Position numbers and translations under genes: made by a program | Notes under the pieces: generated by a model | What the model was told of the DNA's origin: nothing | What the model saw: the letters and a program-made list of their open reading frames with translations, nothing else | The model's database searches: none | Shown here: piece after piece, positions 12,361 through 26,551 of the stretch | Layout of the letters: every line of letters begins with the position of its first letter | Numbering within the stretch: position 1 is the stretch's first letter | NCBI RefSeq assembly: GCF_006345805.1 | Contig: NC_042997.1 | Coordinates: 157,604,001-157,668,000, forward strand | Direction: 5' to 3' | Source of the DNA: Octopus sinensis | Taxonomy: Eukaryota | DNA: 64,000 nucleotides

Positions 12361-13169
12361 TACCTAAACATCTAGTGGAATCACACCCTATCAGTGAGAC
12401 TGAGTAGTTGGAACATCTTGCAAATCCCTCTCACGATTATATGTGTAGTTCAGAGAAAATAACTTGTTACACACAAATTCACTTTGATTCTATCAGAGGA
12501 TTATATTAAATTGTACAATCATCTGAGGAATGCACGGTCACCTATGCAGTAATACATCGAGTTATCAGTTCTGGAATATTTACTGTCAAAAGAGACGCAA
12601 AATACTTATACTTTTATGAGTTGGTTATGCAGATTAGAACGAACGCACACAAGTGTTTTACAAGTGTCTATATATTCATATATGCTTATTGAATCGTGCA
12701 TAAATGAATTATGAGGACTTGATGAACACATGCACGTGAATATGGTATCGGATGTATTATAAGCGCCTGAAAATTCGTGCCGTTCACACGTAAACACGCA
12801 AAAGAAAAAAAGAAAAAGAAAAAATGTATGTGTAGCAGGGCATATAATCAGAACATAAAACGATATTTAGTTGAAGCTGCACAATTACTGATGGGAAAAA
12901 TAACGTACACGTCTCTTGCTATTAAAATAGAAAAGGGCTGTGTGGTTACAAAGCTCGTTTTGCAGTCACAGAGATTCGGGTTCAGCCCACTAGCTACTTT
13001 AGCCATATATGTAAATTCGGTGGACGGAAACTGGGAAGCCCGTCCTATACATACATACATATGTGTGTTTGTGTGTGCGTGTATATATATATGTGAGTGT
13101 GTGTGTATATATATATATATGTGAGTGTGTGTGTGAGTGTGTATATATATATATATATATAATACAAAA

Positions 13170-13460
13170 TGGGACAAGAACGCAACACATCCGGACAACT
13201 AATGATACAAAAAGGGACAACAAAACATCCAGATAGACGATACAAAACAAACAAAAAAAAAAACGGGTCATTCGATGCTTTCTATCTTCAGTCAAGAACC
13301 GGATCATCCTCGCAATTTCGGGTGACTAATCTTGAGATTGCTCCAATCTGGCCAGCCCCAAGGAAAAACTAAGCTAAGAGCATTAGATTCCTTATACATA
13401 CACTAGTAATTATACATACACTAATAATTATTCAAATATATACCGTTGAACATAGAAAGT
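13170..13460 (-). repeat. Dispersed repeat fragment between (TA)n tracts (possibly Penelope-derived)
   Basis: Shares 32 bp with 3730-3830. The family assignment is inference. Confidence 0.55.
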
Positions 13461-13504
13461 AGGATATATGTATATATGTATATATACATATATATACATA
13501 CATA

Positions 13505-13544
<40 letters not shown>

Positions 13545-13545
<1 letters not shown>

Positions 13546-13830
13546 AAGTAAGCAACAAGAATATCTTCAGTAATTTGGTACGATCGTTTCATGCTACATC
13601 ATTTTATTAAACATTGTAAGTATTACATCAGTTTTAAAATGTTGAGCTATCTTCAGCCATTCATAGAGGTTTTCCATCAATACATATACTTATTTCCATG
13701 TCAATTGCTAACATTATAAAGAGGGTAGATATACAGACAGAGAGGTTGATTTGATTGTTAAGAACATTATAGTGTTAGAATTTTCCTTCTGATTGTAGAT
13801 TTTTCTTTTAGTTATCCGACTGAACACTTC
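13545..13830 (-). mobile_element. Penelope-like 3' end relic containing a hammerhead motif (13576-13659)
   Basis: An RRKIL-like segment resembling a GIY-YIG C-terminus, followed by UGG|CUGAAGA...GAA|ACGAUCGU|A|CCA. Abuts (TA)n. Confidence 0.55.
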
Positions 13831-14194
13831 AAAGTAGTGCCCCAGCATCGCCGCAGTTCAATGAATGAAAGAAGTGAAAGACAAAAGAAGCTGTTGAACG
13901 TGCACGTACTTGCATTCATGTGTCCTTTGGCAGAGATCAGCAAGTATCGAAGAGAAGCATGATCAAACATGTTTCGTACGTAGCTTTTTTTTACAGGCAA
14001 AACACATCTCGATTACGTTAAGATGATGTCCTCCACCTTTTAAGATACTATTTGTAATTTTAGAGGAACTCGGCTGCTGTCTTAGTAGGGTTAGAGGGTG
14101 TGTAGAAGCATTTCTCGTAGACTCGTATTTCTGTGCTTTAGTGTTATGCTTGTGAAAGTGTGTTGCACGTGTGTGGGTGAATATGTGTCTGCGC

Positions 14195-14219
14195 GTGCGT
14201 GTGTGTGTGTGTGTGTGTG

Positions 14220-14256
<37 letters not shown>
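14195..14256. repeat. Compound (TG)n(GA)n microsatellite
   Basis: Direct reading. Confidence 0.95.
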
Positions 14257-14259
<3 letters not shown>

Positions 14260-14640
14260 CGAGAGTGAAAGAGAAGGCGCGAGACAGAGTGAGAGAGACA
14301 GAACGTGAGGCGAGAAAGAAAAGGAGAAACAATATGAGAGATAAAAAGAGAGGAGAGAGAGAAAGAGAGCGAGGGAGGAGAAAAGGAAAGTGGGGGAGAG
14401 AGAGAAAGGAGGGAGTGAGAGAGTGCATGCGTGCGCGTACAAATGTATGCAAGTGTATATGTGCTTGGGTGCATGTGTGTTTGCTTGTTTGCATGTGTGC
14501 GTATGTTGAGCTAATAGTTTATACAGTGTTCATAGCTAACAGGTCTGTAGATGAGAGAAAAATATAGTCATCTGAACGAAGAGGGTGCGAATTTGTGTTA
14601 AGTAATTGTAGAAAATCTCTTCCCAATATACAATAACAAC

Positions 14641-15020
14641 AAGGCGGCGATAGGACGCTGGGCGAAATGCGTAGCCGTATTTCGTCTGCCGTTACGTTCT
14701 GAGTTCAAATTCCGCCGAGGTCGACTTTGCCTTTCATCCTTTTGGGGTCGATATATTAAGTACCTGTTACGCACTGGGGTCGATGTAATCGACTTAATCC
14801 GTTTGTGTGTCCTTGTTTGTCCCCTCTTGTTTACCCCTTGTGTGTAGTAAAGAAATAGGTATTTCGTCTGTCTTTATGTTCTGAGTTCAAATTCCGCCGA
14901 TGTCAACTTTACCTTTTATCCTTTTGGAGTCGATAAATTATTTACCAGTTGCGTACTGGGGTCGATCTAATCGACTGGCCCCCTTCCCCAATATTTTGGG
15001 CCTTGTGCCTAGAGTAGAAA
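14641..15020 (+). mobile_element. SINE family A dimer with TSD
   Basis: Head AAGGCGGCG..., two core copies, tail GGGCCTTGTGCCTAGAGTAGAAAA. AATATACAATAA occurs on both flanks. Confidence 0.88.
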
Positions 15021-18000
15021 AAAAAGGAATATACAATAAAAACGTAAACACATTGTAGGATTTAGTATGAGTGCAAGCATAGCTGAGTATTTAAGAAATT
15101 TTCATCGAAACCATCTAAACCTGGATTCGACCCTACTGAACAGTAATTGGATTTGCTGCCTACAAAAGCTTCTACTTGACATCTGGCTTCCGACTGAAAT
15201 TTTATAGGCAGAAATTGTGCGGAAACCTATAGTGAATATATCATATATGCGTATGAGTGTATATCTCGTCGATTTAAAGTTGAGTGAAATGTAAATTTAT
15301 GAGAGAAAACTAAAAATCCAAGTAAGAAAAACCAGGTAAGAATTCACCTGAAATATTTGTTCTATATTGATTTAAGCGTTCATTCCCTTTTCACTCACGC
15401 CGTCAAAAACACATTGATCTGGTCAGTTGGAAATCATTGTGGTCTCAGGCCTTTCTTTCTTACGTTTTTCCCTGACAGAATTTTAACCTGGAAATCAACA
15501 CATCGAAGACAAACTTTAAGAAGGACTGAAAAAATTGTGATGCGGAGCATGTGTCTCAGATTTGATAGTGAGTAATTATTATGAATGTATGTGTGTCTTT
15601 TCATTCCTTAGAACATAAACTCAGTCAAGAGTCGTACGTGCACCGTCACAACATACGATAGATCATCGATGTTTAAACCCATCTGTGCCTCTCCTGGCTT
15701 AAACACAACTTGTTCCTGAAAATAACATAAAGAAAGTAAGAAAGAGTGAGAACGAGAGAGAGAGCGTAAAAGTCATGCTCTAGTACTAGATTCCGAAACG
15801 ATGAAAATCAAAGTTGAGCTCGGGTGGATTTGAACTAGGAGCGTAGAAAGCTAGGACAAATACTGCAAGGCAGTTTATCTAACACTCAAATGACTCGACC
15901 AATTCCTGACGTGCATGGCTGTATATATGTATGTATGTATGTAATATTATGTTGCATTGCACATGTATATATGCATGTATGTGTATATGTATGAATGAAT
16001 GTATGTATGTGTGTATGTGTATGTGTGTGTGATCTAAAAATGTCAAGGAAACATCTCTGATGTGGTTTCACAAATTTTTTTCCGTAACAAAGCGTGGTTG
16101 CATTAATAAAATCTATGCAAAAATTAACAACACATCTGCCCAACTGTTATACGCACTCCTTTACACATATGAGGCAACAAAGGAAGAAAATAAAGCTGAA
16201 TTAACAAAATCCTATTTTTGCCAGTCGGTAAGTAGATGCAACCATACTTAAATATTTATTGCATAGAACATTAAAGATCTGCAGTACAATAAATAGAATA
16301 AGCAACAGCCATATATGTAATTGGATGTGGCCACTGTTTCACCAAATTACAATAATAGTACACAACTTTGATGATGTTCAATGATAGAAGTAAAGTCCCA
16401 GCATTATCTCCTTTGTTTACCTGAAAATGTATAGAAGGACGAAAGGACAAGCATAAAGCTCTCTAAATGTCCTGTTTTTGTTTTGCACTTTCGAATGCTT
16501 GGGGTTTTAGTGTGTTGTGAGACAGTATTAGTGTTCGAATGTCATTTCACGTAGCTACGTTATTTTGATGTTTGATTTTATAATTTTTATGATACTTCCG
16601 CCGAAATTTTATTGTCTCGTTTTGTTGTTGAAAACAGGTTGTTGTCTATGATTGCAAATTTCATGTCTCAAAGGATTAGGGCCAGGCAATACTTATACAG
16701 CTTTCTCTTAGTACCATCGCAGATGTTGCTATTAGAACAAAACTTGAACATACACTACAAGACATACCGCCCTTCACTCTAAAAATTTCACGTACCATTA
16801 AACTGGTTTTTTATTTAAGGACTCCGAAAAGAGCGTAATGTAAAGTTGACGTTGAAGAGATTTGAACTCAATGAGCTGGATTATAAATCGCACAGCATTC
16901 TAGCTGACGCTCTAAAGACTAAGCCGATTCGCCCTCGTAAATAACACTCTATTAAAGTAGAAATTTGGTTGCTATTTCTAGCAAATCGAGTTACCATACA
17001 ACACTATCATTATTAGCATGCTGTTGTCAACTCTGACCTTGTAGACCTATGGCGAAAATCATTCTAATTGTGGCCATCTCGACTATACCTATATACTTTT
17101 TCAGAGATCCTGCACTAAATGTTTTGTTATACTATACTACCTTTAATTTTTCTTGAACGACTGGATTTAATGACGAAATGCGTCTGAGAATTAGTTCAAT
17201 TTCATTCAAAGAAATTACAATAGTCAACGTAAACGGTAATTTCCAACGTATACTTTGTTAAGACAGCAGGGTGTGATTTAAAGGAATTTAGCTATAGTTC
17301 TCATTGGTGGAGTAAGTGTTGGTAGTTGTATTAAAAATTTTGTTTGTTTCAAATAACTGTTAAGTTGGTAGGAGGGAAAAAAATGTTGAGCAATGACTTT
17401 AGGTCCATATTGGAGTAAACAATAATTGTGTGTTGGTGAAATGGGTTTTTGTAGCAGTGTTGGTCATTGTACAAATTGTGGTAGTGATATTGATAGCGTT
17501 AATAATGTTGGTGAGTATACTGGGGTTATTTTTCTAAGTCGAGTAGACGTGAAATTTCAGCCATGATCTGTCATCTTTCATTACAGATATAATATATCTC
17601 AGACCATATTATCAAAGATAACTTTACTTTTTTGAAACGATTGTGGGAGAGATTTAACTGAGGTTTCTTGCAAACAAACAACCACATGCATTTATAATTG
17701 TTTATAACATTACTACAAGCCTGATATAGATCGCAGCACTAGTCCAGTACTTCTTTTATCAAAACACGCGGGATAGTAGGCAAAGCTGGCCTCAGCGAAA
17801 TCTGAGCTCAAAACTTAGAGACTTAAGAAGTACTATAAGGCATTTTGCCCGATGCTCTAACGATTGTGTCAACCCGATTAATGCCTTTTATTAATGCCTT
17901 TTATACCTTTAGAAGCATAGTGTCTGATTATTGTGAATGGATTTAATAGTGTTACAGTTGAGCATATTTTATAGCAGTGTTAATGATTATTATAAGTTCA

Positions 18001-18539
18001 TTTTTGTTATTTTGCGTTGTATTTAGTGCAATGTTAATCGAATATGCAACGAGCAATGCATTTTTGAAGGCTTTACGTTGATATACTACAGTTTTCCTAA
18101 CCGACTGGCTCTCTAAGTGTGATCCAATCTATCCTCGTAATATTTCGAGAACCAATACACATTCGATTAAACAGTTACAGTAATTAAATTGAATAGCAAC
18201 AAGAAATGGGCAGACTTACAATATTTTGTTGGACATCCTGTTTATCTATTTCAAAACATTATACCAGTCATTCGGTACATTAGTTAGAAAGTCATTAGAG
18301 AGAAATATGGCCGCTATCTGCAGTTGGTCGAGCGAACACATAGAGGTTACACACCAAATCAGACCTCATCAAGCAGAGCTATGATCAAAGGCCTTTCAGT
18401 CTATGATTACATCATCCAATATGTCTTTCCTTTATCAAAAAACACTTTAAGGCTATGCTACGTTTATGTCCAACAGATTGAGCTACTTGCTGTATAAACG
18501 CTCCCTGGATGAATGGTAAAAATGGCGGTTAGATTTTGG

Positions 18540-18750
18540 TGCCAGTAACAATTCTTTCTGATTTTGGCGCAAGGTCAGCAATTTTGGGAGCAACGGATAA
18601 GTATATTACATCAACCCCAGTACTCAACTAGTATTTATATATATAAAGCAAAGTCGACGTCGTCGGAATTTGAACTTGGGGCTTAAAGATCCGGAAGAAA
18701 TGCTGCTAAGAATGTTCTTCGACATCCTAACGATCCTACGATCTTATCGC
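18540..18750 (-). mobile_element. Degenerate SINE family A copy
   Basis: Contains AAAGCAAAGTCGAC...CGGAATTTGAAC. Confidence 0.65.
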
Positions 18751-19267
18751 CTTATTTTAATGCCAGTAATAATGGGTGTGGGTGAAAGTGTAGTATGAAG
18801 AATGTAGTGGTGGTAGTAGTTGTGATTATGGCGGTTGTGGTGAAGATGGTGGAAGTAATAGGTGTGTTTCTAAAGCGGACATTGCTTCTGTTGCTTTGAG
18901 GGGTTGCAACAATTAACACAAAAGACTTGAAAAATTAATCTGTGATTATCAAAGGATTTTTGATAAATAATAGTAATAATAAAAATAAAATTTCACAATG
19001 TAATTAAAACCTATAAAGCAAGAAAAGTGGAAGTTGAGAAATGTTGTTGTTGTTTTATTACATTAAATGAATTATTTTTACTGTTGCTAATATTGTCGTT
19101 GTTGTTTTTGTTGCTGCTGTTGTTGTTACTGCAATTATGGTTAATATTGTTATTACAGCACTAAGTATGGAAATCTAATTGTCAAATTAATTATATCTAC
19201 ACAATAGCTTCTGAATTGTATAGATTTACATCATACGTATATACATACAAACACCTACTTCCCTACC

Positions 19268-19442
19268 TACCTACCTACATACCTAAATACATACATACAT
19301 ACATACATACATACATGCATGCATACATGCATGCATGCATACATACATACATACATACATACATACATACATACATACATGCATACATACATACATACAT
19401 GCATACATATATGCATACATACATACACACACATACATACAT
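19268..19442. repeat. (ATAC)n/(ATGC)n microsatellite
   Basis: Direct reading. Confidence 0.95.
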
Positions 19443-20562
19443 GCATAATCAGGTTTCTATGCATTGGCACGCACTTATGTATACATATAAATATCAGGAT
19501 ATGTAACATATATACTTAAATACTAATATGTAAATATATAAAGTATACATTGTTCTTCTCCTCTTACGGGTGTAGATCTTAATGGAGTTTATTATATACA
19601 TTAATATAAAACAATGGACCAAATCTAATTCCAAAAAATCAAAATCAAAATCAAAATAAAAGCGACTAAAATAAAAATTATGTAGACTTTGAAGATTAAT
19701 GAAACCCAATCTGAAAGAAACTTTAATAAATAGCAAATGCTATACATTTGCCGCTTTGCAATTAATTGTAGCTGATGATACGTTACAAAAATACGTAACA
19801 GATAATCTTTGTTAGAAAACAATGAAAAAAGGATGATGAATAACTGCAACAATGTATCATCAAAAGAAACAATAGTTGTTTAAGAAGAAAATCTTACCAC
19901 AATTACTGCAAGACCATGATCCATACCAAGATGTATTTCTCCGGGCATCGAATATCTCACAAGTTCTCCCGTCATCCAAACTATAACCGGTTCACTTGGC
20001 ATTTGTTAAAAGGATCTTTACTAATTTAGCGGAATATGACTTCCTTCCATTTTTCGACAATACTCCTGTGGAAAAGGAACCGTACACGTTTGCTGTCCAT
20101 TTTGTTTTCAAATCCACACCGCCTCACACACTAAATAACTGTCATCCAAAACTATCACATTCTATTCCACATCGTCATCGCTAAACACACGTACAAGCCA
20201 AGTGCGAAGGCGCCTTTAGTCGTATCAAACAGTCTTTGCTAAAGGTATCAGCAAAGCTTTCGACAGAGACCTGAACATTTTGTTTCTATTACCCTTAAAG
20301 AATACGTCGCCGGAACCAAGCAACTGAATGATCAAGCCGACCCACCCTCTGTGTGTGTGTGTGTGCATCAATCAATCAATCAATCAATCAATCTAAAAGA
20401 GAGGAATTAATCTTCTGTCTTCGCTCCTTTGCGCCACATGAGCTCAACTCTCCTGATCTCTTCATCTGACACCAATCTCACCCCCTCTCTTCATTTGAAA
20501 CCAACCCCACACCACTCCACATACACTAACACTGACCACTTCTCAGAATCCACACCACATAC

Positions 20563-20611
<49 letters not shown>

Positions 20612-21039
20612 GGATTTTTCGAAATTCCCCACAATCTGTGCCCTGGCACATTCCCAAGAAAGTGAACGCTTATTGTCTGCGAGAAATTTGGTTAAAACAA
20701 TGTTCTTGCTGAAGCTACCTGCCTGTGTTTTCCATCGGTCTCCCGTCTCTTATATCTGTGATTGGAAAAAACTGCGCGTTCGAATATAACAAATGATGTG
20801 TATTGTTTGAAGAATGAGAACTGTAATCTTCAGTTTTAATTCTTCATCTCTTTTATTGTTACGAATTTATATTTACAAAGGACACTACCATTTTAGGGAA
20901 AGAAAGACAAGTTACATTGACAAGTACTGTTTATGAAGGAAAAAAATGTACGTTCATTGAGAAGGTAGAAAATGTTTGTGGAAGTAGGGAATGTTTTAGT
21001 TTTAGGTTAACATTTCTTTTTACAATCTAACAAGTTGAC

Positions 21040-22090
21040 AGAGACGGGACGATGATTACTGCCATGATCGAAAATTTGGCGGTTGTCCTGCCTCGTTGCT
21101 CATATCCACAGATTCGATCTCTTTTATTGTGTTCAGAACTAATCTTCCTGGATAAATCTATGGTGAAATTATGGCATGTCTCATAATTTTATTGGCCATA
21201 TTATTGTAAATGTCATCATTCATTTTGAAAGATCCTGTTTGTTAAAGCATACTTTATTTGAAAAGAAAACATTCGGAGTTAAAACTGAGGCAGAGATCTG
21301 CTACATTATTGACATTGATAGCTGATGCGGGTAGGTTCGATTACTGTCTGGTATCATTTGCGATAGATGTTTGCCAAGAGAGGGGTGAGCAAGAATGTTA
21401 TATATCCATAAAACTCGTAAAGCAGATTACACAAACAAAAATATATGCTTCTCATCCATTCTACTCATCACTGACTACACCCATGGCGCTTTTATCGGCA
21501 ACAATACAAGTTTTTGATCAAGAACAACGAAAACATCAAGGTAAAGGTTTTCCACTGTTTTCTGTCACGAAATAGTTGGCCAAAATATGGTTGGAAAACC
21601 ACATTTGCTGGTAATCAAATAGCAGACACCAGTGTGATCTGTCAAAGGACTGATTCTAGTATTGTTAAGATATCGTGTCTATTTAACCCAGGTTTATCAA
21701 ACGGATTTCCTGCCCTCGTGTCTAACAATATGCGCCTTAAGAACTATTTTCGCTAGCAAGTCCGGCGCGAGTATAAACAACAACTACTCTGAATGCATCA
21801 CCGTCAAGTCCACCAACCTGCTATCCAGTCGAAGAAGGGCGTTCATACCACAAACCCGAAATAATTTCCCAAGTAATATTCCCATTCTGCTTTATTCAGT
21901 CCTACCGAAACATACGTACACTTCGTTGCTGTGAAGAAGCCCGTGTGGACTGTGTGCAGGAAATAGTGGCCTCACTGATGGTCACCACATCCAAAACCAG
22001 TGATTTTAAGTTATTAAGTAATTGAGTTCGCTTCTCAACCGATTCTAGACCATGCACATTTACAAAATCGAGTCTTACTATAAGCATGTT
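21040..22090 (-). pseudogene. L1/Tx1-clade LINE ORF2 relic (AP endonuclease into RT-proximal region), heavily deleted
   Basis: Motifs in the correct order on the - strand: FVNVHGLESVEKRTQLLNNLKSLVLDVVTISE (APE N-terminus), DAFRVVVVY, an SDH-like DH and a PGR motif. Many stops and frameshifts. Confidence 0.7.
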
Positions 22091-23140
22091 ACGTGGAGAA
22101 TAAGTAGAGGCCGTTTATCTTCGTCCCAAAGAAATGTTAATACACTATTCGTGGTGAGACAGGAGGAGATTCATTGAAAGGCCTTTCCAAAAAGCTATTA
22201 TCCGCTAGCACGTTTAACACACGACCTTTCTTACGGAAATATTTATAAGACAGCCTCGACGTGTTTACCTTATACAAACCGGACAGTATCTAATTCAGAA
22301 CACGTTCATCTGTTTTTAAGTATAAGTGGTTTATAAGACTGTGTAAGCCATGTAGCAGATATCCAATCGGCCGCATGATCTAATAATTAACACACCTGAA
22401 TCAAAGAAGATCTCGACACACGCGCATCTTCGATGAAAGATTCTCGTATAAGTGTATTATATTTGATTTTAATTTACAAAGTAACATTATAATTAAAAAA
22501 AGTACCATCATTGACACACTAGAATACTTAAAAAATTAGAGCCGGAAGTACTAATATAGCTAAAGTTTTAGGCAAAGTAGAATAGTATATAAGATAGGAA
22601 AATTCATTACGTAAAAAATAGGCATTGGGTCAAGACTAAGAATGTGAAGGCTTGACAATAACTTAGGGAATAACTGAAGCAAATTTTACTGTGAATTTGC
22701 TGTTATAGGTAGATTTTACTGTTGTATATAACTAATTTTTGTATTATTCTACTAACTAATTATGTACTACTAATATTTTTATAACCTATTTTAAAATTTC
22801 TAATTATTAATTAATAATTTTTAAAAAAATGAATTTTTAAAGTGCATAAAAAATTTTGAGTTATTTTTAATTTTTAATAGAATTAACAAGTAATAACAAA
22901 TAGAAGTAATAACTTGTAATAAAAGTTTTAGTTTTAATAAATGCTAGTAATTCCTAAATCTAAATAATTTTATTTGAAATTCTATCCTTAGCTGAAGTAT
23001 TTTAAGTAAACATTTTCTTGTTCTGTACTTTACCAGATGTAATAACTTGTCCTAAACTTTTCCAAGTGTAATAACTTTTTTCTGTGCTTTTCAGATTATA
23101 ATCTTAAGAATGTTATTTCTCTAGCCCGCATTTTTCCATG

Positions 23141-23185
<45 letters not shown>

Positions 23186-23189
23186 TATA

Positions 23190-23240
<51 letters not shown>

Positions 23241-23329
23241 TATATAATACATATATACATATATATATATATACATATAACATATATATATATATACATA
23301 TATACATATATATATATATACATATATAC

Positions 23330-23406
<77 letters not shown>

Positions 23407-23690
23407 TAAACACCAGTCGTTTTTTTCTCTTTCCCTGTTGCCCGCTCTGGGATCTTTCTTTCCTCTCTCTTCTTCTTTATGTTTCCGACGAAGAGCTCCG
23501 CTCGAAACGTCATACCTCCCTGCTTCCATTTCTGAGCGCCTATTAATAATAATACTGTAATTGTTCCATTGTTGTTGTTTTTTTTGTTTCCGTTTGGATT
23601 AAAAAAATATATACATATATACATATCCATATATATATATATACATATATATACATTTATATAATATATATACATATATATATATTATAC

Positions 23691-23728
<38 letters not shown>

Positions 23729-23758
23729 TATAATATATATACATAATATATATTATAC

Positions 23759-23811
<53 letters not shown>

Positions 23812-23826
23812 TATAATATATATACA

Positions 23827-23902
<76 letters not shown>

Positions 23903-24553
23903 ATACAGATATAATATAAATATATATATATATAATATATATATATATATACATATATCTATATAGATATATATATAATATAATATATATAATATACATA
24001 TATATATATTATATACAATATATATATATACATATATATATAATATTACATATATTATATTATATATATATACATATATATATATATACATATATATTAT
24101 CATAATATATAATATATATATATACATATATATATATATATTACATATATATATATATACATGATATTATATATAACATATATATATAATATATATACAT
24201 ATATTATATATATATATATATATATCATATATATATATATATATATAATATATATTATATATATACATATAATATCTAGATATATACATATATATAGACA
24301 TATATATTATATACATATATATATATATTACATATATATATATATATATATATACATATATTTATACATATAATTATATATACATATATATATATATATA
24401 TATACTATATATATATATACATATACATATACATATATATATATATATATATATACAATATAATATATATATATAATATATATACATATAACATATATAT
24501 ATATATATATATATACATATATTACATATATATATATATATATATACATATAT

Positions 24554-24590
<37 letters not shown>

Positions 24591-24780
24591 TAAAGTAATA
24601 TATATAATATATATATTACATATATTATATATAATATATACATATATATATATATATATACACCTAGACATATATATATATTATTTATTATCTACATATA
24701 TATATATATATATTACAATATATACATATATATATATATATATATACACATTATAATATATATATATACATATAGATAAC

Positions 24781-24811
<31 letters not shown>

Positions 24812-24831
24812 CATTATAGTATATATATATA

Positions 24832-24881
<50 letters not shown>

Positions 24882-25135
24882 CATTATATATAATACATAT
24901 ATATATATATATACATAATATAATATATATATATACATATATATATATATACATATATATATACATAATACATAGATTTATACATATATATATATATATA
25001 TATATACATATTATATATATTATATATATATACATAATATATATATATACATAATATATATAATATATATATATCTATATATATATTATATAATATATAT
25101 ATATATGTGCGTGTGTATGTAATATATATATATCT
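23141..25135. repeat. ~2-kb degenerate (TA)n expanse interrupted by a 200-bp Penelope-like fragment (23408-23606)
   Basis: Almost only A/T, with scattered CA and TAA interruptions. Confidence 0.95.
23481..23515 (+). ncRNA. Degenerate hammerhead motif (core variant CCGACGA)
   Basis: GUUU|CCGACGA|A|GAGC-UCC-GCUC|GAA|ACGU|C|AUAC. U4>C in the core and one stem I mismatch; probably inactive. Confidence 0.55.
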
Positions 25136-25140
25136 AGACT

Positions 25141-25830
25141 CTTTTACTCTTTACTTGTTTCAGTCATTGACTGCGACCATGCTGGAGCACCGCCTTTTAG
25201 TCGAGCAAATCGACCCTGGGACTTATTCTTTGTAATCCCAGTACTTATTCTATCGGTCTCTTTTGCCGAAACGCTAGGTGACGGGGACGTAAACACACCA
25301 GCATCGGTTGTCAAGCAATGCTAGGGTGACAAACACAGACACACAAACATATACACATACACACATATATATATACATATATACGACAGGCTTCTTTCAG
25401 TTTCCGTCTACCAAATCCACTCACAAGGCATTGGTCGGCCCGGGGCTATAGCAGAAGACACTTGCCCAAGATGCCACGCAGTGGGACTGAAAGACACTTG
25501 CCAAGATATATGTATATATATACGATGAGCTCCTTTCAGTTTCTGTCTACCAAATACACTCACAAGGCTTTGGTCTCCCTGAGATTGTATTAGGAGACAG
25601 TTTCCCAAGGTTTCACGTAGTGGAACTGAAGCCGGGAACATGTGGTTGGGAAACAAGCTTCTTAACACATAGCCCGCAAGCGTGGTTGCGTAGTAAAAAG
25701 TCTGCTTCCCAACTATATGGCTCCGGGTTCAGTCCCATTGCGTGACATGTTGGGCGCGTGTCTTCTACAATAGCCTCAAGCCGACCTAAGCCTTGAGAGT
25801 GGATTTCGTAGACAGAAACCCAAAGAAGCC
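25141..25830. mobile_element. Cluster of SINE family B copies/fragments (main copy 25141-25490 on - strand)
   Basis: TTTTACTCTTTTACTTGTTTCAGTCATTGACTGCGACCATGCTGGAGCACC...; CAGTTTCCGTCTACCAAATCCACTCACAAGG recurs. Confidence 0.85.
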
Positions 25831-26089
25831 TGTAGTATATGTGTGTGTGTATATTTATGTTACTATGTCTTTGTGTCTGTTTGTCGCCCTCACCATCGCT
25901 TAAATTAGTATACCTACTGTACCATCATACCCCCTTTTCCTTTATTTTATAGAACCTCACTCTTACGTAATATAATTCAAATATATATATGTATACAAAA
26001 TACAATAAGATATTATAATAATATATTAATATATTAAGATATACATTATTTACATTTGACGGATATTTGTCCTCATCTTGTTTGTTGTT

Positions 26090-26135
26090 AACACAACGTT
26101 TCGGCTGATATACCCTCCAGCCTTCATCAGGTGTC
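26090..26135 (-). ncRNA. Minimal type I hammerhead ribozyme motif
   Basis: GACAC|CUGAUGA|A|GGCUG-10nt-CAGCC|GAA|ACGU|U|GUGUU: 5-bp stem I, 5-bp stem II, palindromic ACGU helix III, GUU triplet. Confidence 0.8.
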
Positions 26136-26183
26136 TTGGGGAAATTTCGAACCTGGGTTCTCATTTCTAAGCTATTTTTTCGA

Positions 26184-26243
<60 letters not shown>

Positions 26244-26391
26244 GTTATTCATATTATTGTTATTATTATTCAGATCACTGCCAGGAATGGAACTCGGAAT
26301 CTTGAGATTAGTACTCCGCGCTCTTAACCACTACACCATATGCCCACGGTCACACTAACCCCAAGATTCCGAGTTCGATTCCAGGCAGTGA

Positions 26392-26435
<44 letters not shown>

Positions 26436-26505
26436 TAATAATAATAATAACAACAACATCGAAAAATAACTTAGGAATGAGAACCCAGGTTCGAAATTTC
26501 TCCAA

Positions 26506-26551
26506 GGCACCTGATGAAGGCTGGAAGTTATATCAGCCGAAACGTTGTGTT
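26506..26551 (+). ncRNA. Minimal type I hammerhead ribozyme motif
   Basis: GGCAC|CUGAUGA|A|GGCUG-10nt-CAGCC|GAA|ACGU|U|GUGUU; stem I has two G-U pairs. Confidence 0.78.

Noticed and set aside
12520-12560. CTGAGGA followed by an ATGCA/TGCA stem, hammerhead-like
   Set aside because: No GAAA after stem II and no stem I or III; at best a heavily decayed copy.
19770-19805. CTGATGA followed by a TACGT/ACGTA stem
   Set aside because: The GAAA half of the core is absent.
20240-20270. ISKAFDR, resembling the LINE RT KAFD motif
   Set aside because: Isolated; flanking translation shows no further RT similarity.
22440-23090. Very AT-rich block considered as a NUMT
   Set aside because: No recognisable mitochondrial ORF, tRNA or rRNA under the invertebrate mitochondrial code by eye.
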